Shown piece after piece: positions 51,043-59,025 of a stretch of DNA of 64,000 nucleotides. The translations under genes were made by a program, and so were the position numbers. Positions within the stretch are counted from its first letter, which is position 1; each line of letters begins with the position of its first letter. A model generated the notes under the pieces. The model did no database searches. It saw only the letters and a program-made list of their open reading frames with translations, and was not told the origin of the DNA. Source of the DNA: an uncultured Bacilli bacterium (GTDB taxonomy: Bacteria > Bacillota_I > Bacilli_A > RFN20 > CAG-826); assembly GCA_944349595.1 (NCBI GenBank), contig CALVNF010000006.1:1650-65649 (forward strand), given 5' to 3'.

Positions 51043-51601
51043 TAAATCAAATAAATTATTAATAACTTCTATAATATCTATATTTAGTTTATTTACAATA
51101 TCTTTAACAAGTTCATTATTTATTAGTGTTCCAGATGATGATTTATCATTTAATATGATTGGAAAAGCAACTAGTAGTGTTAATGAAAATATAGTTACAA
51201 TATATTTTGTTGAAAAAAAATATTGGCATACTGGAAGTCCAGATACATATATATATTGTTTTAATAGTGAAACATCTGCAATTAATAGTTCTTTTCCAGG
51301 ACTTCCAATGGAAGAAGTTACTTATGATGCAAGTTATGATAATGGTAATGGAAGAAAACTAAGATCATATGAATTTGATACATCTCTATATGATACAATG
51401 ATTTTTACAAGAGTTAATCCTAGCTTTGTTCCTGGAAGTCATTTTGATGAAAATGATAATTATATGTATTGGGGTGGAAAGACTGAAAATATACCATATA
51501 ATGCTTCATATAATTTATATGCTACAAAAGATGGTGGTAGTTTATATAGTGGAATGCAAGTTGATTGGTTGGTTTTTAATCCTGATGACTGGGGTTTATA
51601 A
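51035..51601 (+). CDS. SipW-type secreted protein C: short N-terminal strand plus CBM26-like module
   Basis: Signal ending TSS-LF, then ISVPDD, then TIYFVEKKYW...TYIYCF...SFPGLPM...YDTMIFTR. GGAGG SD; overlaps the sipW stop. Confidence 0.65.
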   Translation: MPNKSNKLLITSIISIFSLFTISLTSSLFISVPDDDLSFNMIGKATSSVNENIVTIYFVEKKYWHTGSPDTYIYCFNSETSAINSSFPGLPMEEVTYDASYDNGNGRKLRSYEFDTSLYDTMIFTRVNPSFVPGSHFDENDNYMYWGGKTENIPYNASYNLYATKDGGSLYSGMQVDWLVFNPDDWGL

Positions 51602-51866
51602 TAAGCTATAATTTTTAAACATATTTGTAATAATTCTATTTATATTTCAACACTTAATACATTAATATTTACAATTTTTAATCAATATACAAAATAATTT
51701 TTTTATTTGTGATAAAATTTGTATTTAATTACTATAAATATTCCCTTTTTATCATACCAAATATTTTTTAAATAATAAGTTTAAAATAAAAAAGCACAAT
51801 TTATAAAAAAATATTGACAATATATAAAACTATTTATTAAAATAAAAAAATAAAGGAGATTACGAT

Positions 51867-53291
51867 ATGTTGCTAAAGGGATTTTTCATTTTAAGCATTT
51901 TATTTAATTTAAAAGGAATTTATTATAATAATAAAAATATAACGAGTAATCTTCCAAGAGAAAATAATATTCTTTATTTTGATGATGGTGATAATGGTGG
52001 TGATAATAGCGATGGTGATGATGGTGATGGAGAAGGTGGAAAAAACTTTCCGCCAGGAGGGATTCCTGGCATTGGAGGAAATAAAAACGATTATATTGAT
52101 CCTAGTTTTGATGGGAAAATAGATGGAAATATCAACAAGCCAAATGACACTGATGCTATTGATTCAAGATTAAATCCTGGAATATCTTACAGTAAAAGGT
52201 TTAACGTACAATATTTTAAATATTTAAAAGATAATATTATACAAAACGACAGCAGCATCTGTGGTTATACTGCAATGAGTATGCTTTTTTCTTATTATGA
52301 TAATTACTGGAATGATAATTTTTTACCGGATAAATATGAATCGAGTTCATCATTTTATTCAGAAAAAAGTTTATGGACTGTGTCACCAGGATGTGACAAT
52401 AAAAGAGACGGAGGACCGTTAATTATTGACGATTCAATGACAGAAGACGAAAAAAATGATGCAGTTAAAGATTTTTACGATAAGAATGTAATAGCAGGAG
52501 GATTATTTGGTGAATTGTTAACTATCGCCAAGAGACTAGGTTATATAGAGTTTAAAAGTCCAGAAAATGATCATTATCAGACTTCGTTAGGAGTTTCTTT
52601 AGGTTTAATGGTTGATGTTATTACTGAATATCTTAACCGATATATTGGTTCAAGAAATTTTACATTGAATGTAGAAGAAATTGATAGTAGCATTTATTCT
52701 CAATATATTGATTATATAGATAATAATTTAGAATCGGATTCCATTCTAGAAATTTTTAAAAATGAACATAATAGATTAATATCTTTATTATATGATGTTG
52801 TTTCAAAAGGAATACCAGTAATTGCTGGAGGAAGAACAAAAGACGGTTATGGTCACGCTGTTATAATATATGATGTATATATTGACGAAAATAATAATAA
52901 AGTATTGGTTACAAATATGGGACAAATGAATTTAAAACAACAAGTTAATTTTTTTGATGAGTTTAATGTGTTGACCGATTTTTATTACTTAACTTTTCCT
53001 GAAAGTTTTAAACACGAATGTTCAAATAATTTCTTAGACTTTAAAAGAAACATAAATCTTTGTTCATGTAAATTATCAACGCATATACATGATTATAATT
53101 ATCAATACATTGATAGTGAGATACATTATCAAAAATGTTTTTGTAAATACGTTTATTGTAATGAACATATATATGACCATGAAACATATATAAATGCAAA
53201 ACTATATGGTTTATGTGAATGTGGTGCAGTAAAAAATACAAACGACACACCAATTGCGATACCTACTGGAAAGGAGAAAGAATATGTATAA
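51867..53291 (+). CDS. Secreted papain/C39-like cysteine peptidase with a C-terminal Cys/His-rich region
   Basis: Signal peptide, Gly/Asp-rich linker, ICGYTAMSMLFSYYD (Cys), GIPVIAG...GHAVIIYD (His), C-terminal CxC/HxH/CxCG clusters. Confidence 0.7.
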   Translation: MLLKGFFILSILFNLKGIYYNNKNITSNLPRENNILYFDDGDNGGDNSDGDDGDGEGGKNFPPGGIPGIGGNKNDYIDPSFDGKIDGNINKPNDTDAIDSRLNPGISYSKRFNVQYFKYLKDNIIQNDSSICGYTAMSMLFSYYDNYWNDNFLPDKYESSSSFYSEKSLWTVSPGCDNKRDGGPLIIDDSMTEDEKNDAVKDFYDKNVIAGGLFGELLTIAKRLGYIEFKSPENDHYQTSLGVSLGLMVDVITEYLNRYIGSRNFTLNVEEIDSSIYSQYIDYIDNNLESDSILEIFKNEHNRLISLLYDVVSKGIPVIAGGRTKDGYGHAVIIYDVYIDENNNKVLVTNMGQMNLKQQVNFFDEFNVLTDFYYLTFPESFKHECSNNFLDFKRNINLCSCKLSTHIHDYNYQYIDSEIHYQKCFCKYVYCNEHIYDHETYINAKLYGLCECGAVKNTNDTPIAIPTGKEKEYV

Positions 53292-53709
53292 GAAATTTTT
53301 AAATCTATCTTTGCTAGCTTTATTAAATTTTTCATTAATATCTTGTAGTGAAACTTATTATGAAATTACATTTCAAAGAGTAGAAGTTATAAATAATAAA
53401 ATTACTTTTACTGATAAATTTATTCGAAATTTAAAAGAAAATACAGAAATATGTGGAGGTAATTTTTACGAGGAAGAAAATGTATACGGAGTAGAAGAAT
53501 TGTTAGAATATGAAGAGAAATTAGTCCCTCCAGATTTTAAAGACAAAGATTATACTATCTATCATTTAGTTGTGTTTGATGATTACGTAATGATAAACGA
53601 ATCTCAAATCATAGGAAATTTTTCTTATTACGATTTTTCTCATATAGTAAAAGAAGATGCAACTATATACTTTTATAGTTTTGATGAATTAGTAAAAAGG
53701 GAGTTTTAA
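53284..53709 (+). CDS. Small lipoprotein (candidate peptidase inhibitor or immunity protein)
   Basis: Lipobox SLIS-C. ATG 53284 follows AAGGAG and overlaps the peptidase stop. Confidence 0.7.
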   Translation: MYKKFLNLSLLALLNFSLISCSETYYEITFQRVEVINNKITFTDKFIRNLKENTEICGGNFYEEENVYGVEELLEYEEKLVPPDFKDKDYTIYHLVVFDDYVMINESQIIGNFSYYDFSHIVKEDATIYFYSFDELVKREF

Positions 53710-53712
53710 TTT

Positions 53713-54147
53713 ATGAAGAAAATATTATTTTTATTATTAATAAGTATATTAATAAGTTCTTGTTCAAAAAATAACGAAAATACAACACTTCCTGGTGATG
53801 ATTTAACCCCAAATCCAAATATTACCGTAATAGATTTTTATCAAATTGAAAGAGAAGTTTCTTTTGATAAAGAAGATTATTTAAAACCATTAAGTGTTTA
53901 TAATGTTATGATTTTAGGATATAAAGGACATGGTTCAGTTAGAAATCCTGGAATGGAATTAAGTTTTGAAACTTTATATAAATTTGAGGTTAATTTTGAA
54001 ATTAATGAAAAATACAAAAGCGAATCCTTATTTACCGTTAATTATTTTAAAATGACAAAATATGATATATTAGAACACATTACGTATTTTAAACAAGGTG
54101 CATTTCAGGCTAATTTATATTTTGAAATAGTACCTTATGATTCTTAA
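53713..54147 (+). CDS. Small lipoprotein
   Basis: Lipobox LISS-C, 3 nt after the previous stop. Confidence 0.7.
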   Translation: MKKILFLLLISILISSCSKNNENTTLPGDDLTPNPNITVIDFYQIEREVSFDKEDYLKPLSVYNVMILGYKGHGSVRNPGMELSFETLYKFEVNFEINEKYKSESLFTVNYFKMTKYDILEHITYFKQGAFQANLYFEIVPYDS

Positions 54148-54354
54148 TGTTTTTAATATTTTTGTTTTATTAAGTTTTACTAATATATCGAACTAGTTTT
54201 AGTTATTAGAAACATTTATAATTTTAAATTTTTAAAATATATAGTTATTTTTATTAATTAAATTACAAAAAAATTTAAATTACATTTTAACTTTTAAAAT
54301 TGTCAATGAAGATTAAGATTATTATTAGATTGTTTATATAAATAAGAGATAAAT

Positions 54355-54379
54355 AAAAAGGAACCGTAGTTCCTTTTTT
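54355..54379. terminator. Bidirectional-type terminator
   Basis: AAAAAGGAAC-CGTA-GTTCCTTTTT, just past the stop of the minus-strand 977-aa gene. Confidence 0.85.
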
Positions 54380-54402
54380 ATATTATTTATTATTTTGAGA
54401 TT

Positions 54403-54777
54403 TTAACGTAAACCGTAATTGCCATCCCAAACTCCAGATGTAACAGTAGCTTTTTCATCACCTTTGCTAGTATCCCCAGTTTCACATAATAAATATGCAT
54501 TTTTACCTTCTTCATATTTAATATCTACTGTTTGTTTATTCCATGAAATAAAAGTTCCATCTTTTACTTCACCTCTAACAAATATTAAATTATTATAAAT
54601 ACTAACATCTACTTCAAATGACCAAACATTTCGTTTAAGAGTAGAATCATATTCTTTTGCAATAATCATTGCTTCTCCAGGCCATGCTACTTTAGGATTG
54701 CCATCATCATCAAATAAATATATGCCAGTAGCTGCAGCTGATTCGTTCCACCAACCTTGATCGATAAAGTAAATTGT
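54403..54777 (-). repeat. 375-bp inverted duplication, right arm
   Basis: Reverse complement matches 48317-48691. Confidence 0.92.
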
Positions 54778-57336
54778 TACAATATTTTCATCTGGATCTG
54801 GTGCAGTACCTTTTTCAAAAATACCTTCAACTGTATTTCCATTTAATGCCATATTGACAGTAACTTTATTAGCAGCACTAACGTTATGTTCAACACCATT
54901 AACTTTAATTGCTTTTGCAACATATCCTTCATCTGGAGTTGCAGTATAAGTTACTGTTTGACCATATTTAACTTCATCGGCACTAACAGTAACAGTGCCT
55001 CCAGTTACTTCAGTGATTGTTGATGTATATGATTCTCTCATTGGTTGCCAATCTGTATCAACATAGGCTTTTGCAGTAACTTCTGCATAATCTTTAGATT
55101 TACCATCGTCGAAATTATACCATTTAGCATCATCACTTAATTCATATAAGGTTGTTGTTTCATCAAACTTAATATCGCTAGTTTGAGCTCCCCAATAACC
55201 AATTGATGTATCATGCCAATCTTGAGTTTCTTTATCAAATTCAGAATTCATTCTAACAAATTTAAATGAATCATATAATGTTGTATTTAAATCAAAATAT
55301 CTAAGATTTCTACCAGCTCCATCTTGATAGAATGGATCCCAGATATCATGGCTCATAATTTCACCAGGCCATACATTATCAATTTTATTTGTTTCATCAT
55401 TTGAATCCCAAGCATAAACAAATGTAGCAGCTCCGCCTTGATGCCACCAAGTTTTATCAACAAAATAAATTCTAACTATCTTATCTTGTTGTTTTTCAAA
55501 CATACCTTCAACTTTATTACCATTTAGTGGCATGTTAACAGTTACTTGATTATTTTCATCAACTGGGTATTCTTTATCATTAATTTTAATACCTAATACT
55601 TTATAATTTTCATCTGGAGTAGCAGTATAAGTTACAGGTTGGCCATATTTAGTTTCGTTTTCACTAGCAGTAACACTTCCTCCAGTTACTTCGCTAATTG
55701 TAGAAGCATATGATTTTCTCATTGGAGACCAAACTCCATCATCATAACTGCTTGCAGTTACTTCAGCATAACCTCGAAGTGCTTCATCAGTTGAATCTTT
55801 CCATTTAGCATCATCACTTAATTCATATAATGTAGTTGTAGAATTAAATGATAAATCATCAGTTTCAGCACCTAAATAATATTCGCTTTCATTAAATTCT
55901 GTTGTTTCTTTGTCAAATGCATTTTTAATTCTTACAAATTTAAATGAATCATATAAAGTAGTATTAAATTCAAAGTATCTAAGATTTCTTCCAGCTCCAT
56001 CTTGATAGAATGGATCCCAGATATCATGATTCATTTTTTCTCCTGGCCAGACATTTTCTATAGAAGTATCTTTTGAATTCCATACATAAATATATGTTTC
56101 TGCGGCATCTTTATGCCACCATTGTTTATCAACAAAATAAATTTTTGTAAATCTATCTTCTAATTTCTCAAAAACACCTTGTACTTTATTGCCACCTTCA
56201 GCCATGGTAGTTGTATAAGTAGTAGTGTTTTCTTCTAATTGATATTCTTTTTCATTAATTATAATTGCTTTTGCTTTATATCCAATATTAGCTGTTAATG
56301 TATAAGTAATTGTTTCTCCAGCAATTGCACTTTCTTTATCAACGCTAACACTTCCACCTTCACTTGGAATTATTGTAGAAGTATATTGTTCAGCAGCTTT
56401 CATAGTGAATACACCTTGAACTGTTAATCCACCTTCAACCATTGTAGTTTCATAAACAGTAGTAGTGAATTCTTTTGTGACATTATTTACAATTAAACCT
56501 TTAATTTCATATCCTTCATTTGCTTGAAGTCTAAATTGAATCTTATCTCCAACTAATCCTTCCATTGGAGATGCAGTTACTGTTCCACCTGTTGTATCTT
56601 TAATTGTTACTTTATAAACTTGAGGAACTGGTGGAAGTTCACTAAATTGACCTTGAGCTTTTAATCCACCTTCAACCATTGTAGTTGTATAAGTATTATC
56701 GGCTGTTAAAGTTACAGATTCATCATTAATTAACAATCCTGTTACTTCATATCCTTCATCTGCTTTTAAAGTGAATGTAATTTCTTCTCCAACTTCAGCT
56801 TTCATTAAAGATGCAGTTAGAGTTCCACCAACACTTTCAATAATATTTACATCATATAATGTTGGAGGGATTACTTCAAATAATCCTTCAGCTGTTAAAC
56901 CACCTTCAGGCATTGATACTTTTACTTGGTTATTAGAATCAACTGTTTTTATTTCATTATTAACTTTAATTCCTTTAACACTATATCCTTCATCTGGGGT
57001 TGCTGTATAAGTTATGACCTCACCAACGAGAGCCTTAGACTTATCTTGAGTAACTTTACCACCAACTGAATCTAATATTACACTTTCATAATAAGTTTCA
57101 ATACTAGTTGTGGTAGTAGTTGTAGTTGTTGTACCTGTGGTAGTACTAGTAGTCGTTGTACTTGTAGTAGCAGTAGTTGTTGAAGTTGTGCTAGTATTAG
57201 TTGTAGTTGTACTAGTAGTTGTTTGATTACTTGTTGAACTTGTCATACTAGTTGGATTATCTGATGGATGACAAGAAGTAATTAATAAACTTGCAACAAA
57301 AAGACTGCCAAATAAAGCAAAAATTTTTCTTTTCAT
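54403..57336 (-). CDS. Non-catalytic multi-module starch-binding lipoprotein (six Ig/B-repeat-like and three CBM26-like modules)
   Basis: Lipobox LITS-C, Thr stalk, six Y...I....GG.V......A..GE.ITYT.T.DEGY repeats, three IYF.D..WW...WPGE.M modules, no GH motifs. Confidence 0.82.
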   Translation of the reverse strand: MKRKIFALFGSLFVASLLITSCHPSDNPTSMTSSTSNQTTTSTTTTNTSTTSTTTATTSTTTTSTTTGTTTTTTTTTSIETYYESVILDSVGGKVTQDKSKALVGEVITYTATPDEGYSVKGIKVNNEIKTVDSNNQVKVSMPEGGLTAEGLFEVIPPTLYDVNIIESVGGTLTASLMKAEVGEEITFTLKADEGYEVTGLLINDESVTLTADNTYTTTMVEGGLKAQGQFSELPPVPQVYKVTIKDTTGGTVTASPMEGLVGDKIQFRLQANEGYEIKGLIVNNVTKEFTTTVYETTMVEGGLTVQGVFTMKAAEQYTSTIIPSEGGSVSVDKESAIAGETITYTLTANIGYKAKAIIINEKEYQLEENTTTYTTTMAEGGNKVQGVFEKLEDRFTKIYFVDKQWWHKDAAETYIYVWNSKDTSIENVWPGEKMNHDIWDPFYQDGAGRNLRYFEFNTTLYDSFKFVRIKNAFDKETTEFNESEYYLGAETDDLSFNSTTTLYELSDDAKWKDSTDEALRGYAEVTASSYDDGVWSPMRKSYASTISEVTGGSVTASENETKYGQPVTYTATPDENYKVLGIKINDKEYPVDENNQVTVNMPLNGNKVEGMFEKQQDKIVRIYFVDKTWWHQGGAATFVYAWDSNDETNKIDNVWPGEIMSHDIWDPFYQDGAGRNLRYFDLNTTLYDSFKFVRMNSEFDKETQDWHDTSIGYWGAQTSDIKFDETTTLYELSDDAKWYNFDDGKSKDYAEVTAKAYVDTDWQPMRESYTSTITEVTGGTVTVSADEVKYGQTVTYTATPDEGYVAKAIKVNGVEHNVSAANKVTVNMALNGNTVEGIFEKGTAPDPDENIVTIYFIDQGWWNESAAATGIYLFDDDGNPKVAWPGEAMIIAKEYDSTLKRNVWSFEVDVSIYNNLIFVRGEVKDGTFISWNKQTVDIKYEEGKNAYLLCETGDTSKGDEKATVTSGVWDGNYGLR

Positions 57337-57520
57337 TGAATTCTCCTCTTCATTTTTACTTAATACTTTAATATTTTACCTTATTTTTTAACTAAAATAT
57401 ATAAGAATTAGCGGATTTTTCGATTTAATTTAACTAAAATAATTAAGTTTTGATATATAAATTTACAATTTCTAATAATAAAATAAATCATAAATATAAA
57501 TAGATTATTAATTACTTATT

Positions 57521-57550
57521 AAAAAAATAGTGAGGTTTTGCAGACTTTTT
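57521..57550 (+). repeat. Dispersed ~30-bp motif, copy 4
   Basis: AAAAAAATAGTGAGGTTTTGCAGACTTTTT, 28/30 identical to copy 1. Confidence 0.75.
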
Positions 57551-57587
57551 AATAGTATAAATTGTTATTTTAATTAAGTTTTATATT

Positions 57588-57596
57588 TGATATAAT
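57588..57596 (+). promoter_or_regulatory. Extended -10 promoter of the metK leader
   Basis: TG-A-TATAAT, placing the start of transcription at about 57602, the 5' end of the riboswitch. Confidence 0.7.
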
Positions 57597-57600
57597 AATA

Positions 57601-57727
57601 AAGCTTATCAAGAACTAACTAAATATATGTGAAATAAGTTAGTAGCAACTCTATTATTAATAATTAATAGTAAGTGCTTCATATAAGCAATTAGATTATA
57701 CTAAATAATCTATTGAACGATAAGCTT
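57601..57727 (+). ncRNA. SAM-I (S-box)-like riboswitch aptamer
   Basis: P1 AAGCUUAUC/GAUAAGCUU, J1/2 AAGA, P2 ACUAACU/AGUUAGU, P3 AGCAAC...GUGCU, pseudoknot UAUAUG/CAUAUA, P4 UAGAUUA/UAAUCUA. Upstream of metK. Confidence 0.85.
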
Positions 57728-57742
57728 GTAGAATAGTAAAGT

Positions 57743-57772
57743 AATTTCTTCAAGCTTTGAAGAAATTTTTTT
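57743..57772 (+). terminator. Riboswitch expression-platform terminator
   Basis: AATTTCTTCAA-GCT-TTGAAGAAATT plus T run. Its CAAGCTT can alternatively pair with AAGCTTG at the 3' strand of P1 (antiterminator). Confidence 0.82.
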
Positions 57773-57790
57773 ATATAAAGAGGTTTATTT

Positions 57791-58954
57791 ATGGAACAAA
57801 AATTATTATTTACTAGTGAATCAGTATCAGAAGGGCACCCTGATAAAGTATGTGATCAAATTGCAGATGCTATATTAGATGAATGTTTAAGACAAGATAG
57901 TAATTCTAGAGTTGCTTGTGAATGTCTTGCTACTAAACAATTTTTATTAATTGCTGGAGAAATTACAACTAATGCAAAAATTAATTATAAAAAAATAGCT
58001 CGTGATGTTATTAAAGATATTGGCTATGATAAAAAATGTTTAGGTTTTGACTATAAAAACGTAAAAATTAAAGTAAAAATTAAACAACAAAGTAATGATA
58101 TAGCTCTTGGAGTAAATAAAGAAAATAAAATGGAACAAGGAGCTGGCGATCAAGGTATTATGTTTGGTTATGCAACAAATGAAACTAAAGGTTATATGCC
58201 TCTTGCAATATCAATTGCTCATAAATTAGTTAGAGTTGCATCTAATTTAAGAAAATCAGGTGATTTTAAACATGCAAGACCAGACATGAAATCTCAAGTT
58301 ACAATTGATTATACAGACTCAAATAATATTAAAATTGACACAATTTTAATGTCTGTTCAACATGATGATAATATTGATTTAGAAGAATTTAGAAAATATA
58401 TTCATGATGAAATAATGGTAAAAGTAGCTAAATCTTTTAATTTAAATACTGATTTTGTTTCATATATTAATCCAACTGGTAGATTTGTAATTGGAGGACC
58501 AGAAGGTGATACTGGTCTTACTGGAAGAAAGATTATAGTTGATACTTATGGTGGAGCTTCAAGACATGGTGGAGGTTCATTTTCTGGAAAAGATCCAAGT
58601 AAAGTTGACAGAAGTGCTGCATATTATGCAAGATATATGGCTAAAAATTTAGTAGCAGCTGGAGTTGCTGACAGATTAGAAATTCAATTATCTTATGGAA
58701 TTGGATTAGCTGATCCAATTAGTATTTCTTTATCAACATTTAAAACTTCTAAATATAGTGATGAAGTTATATTAAAAATAATCAACAAAATTTTTGATGC
58801 AAGACCATATAGTATTATCAAACAATTTTCTTTAGATAAACCTCATTTTAAATACAAAGATACAGCTAATTATGGACATTTTGGAAGAGGTGATTTAAAT
58901 CTTCCTTGGGAAAAATTAGATAAAGTTGAACAAATTAAAAGATTATTAAAATAA
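57791..58954 (+). CDS. metK: S-adenosylmethionine synthetase
   Basis: FTSESVSEGHPDK.CDQI.D, GAGDQG, GGPEGDTGLTGRKIIVDTYGG, GKDPSKVDRSAAY, YGHFGR. Confidence 0.98.
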   Translation: MEQKLLFTSESVSEGHPDKVCDQIADAILDECLRQDSNSRVACECLATKQFLLIAGEITTNAKINYKKIARDVIKDIGYDKKCLGFDYKNVKIKVKIKQQSNDIALGVNKENKMEQGAGDQGIMFGYATNETKGYMPLAISIAHKLVRVASNLRKSGDFKHARPDMKSQVTIDYTDSNNIKIDTILMSVQHDDNIDLEEFRKYIHDEIMVKVAKSFNLNTDFVSYINPTGRFVIGGPEGDTGLTGRKIIVDTYGGASRHGGGSFSGKDPSKVDRSAAYYARYMAKNLVAAGVADRLEIQLSYGIGLADPISISLSTFKTSKYSDEVILKIINKIFDARPYSIIKQFSLDKPHFKYKDTANYGHFGRGDLNLPWEKLDKVEQIKRLLK

Positions 58955-59025
58955 ATAATAATTAACAATACAAAATATTTGTGGTGCAGATTGAAAAATC
59001 GCCTGTTCTATGATATAAAATAATT

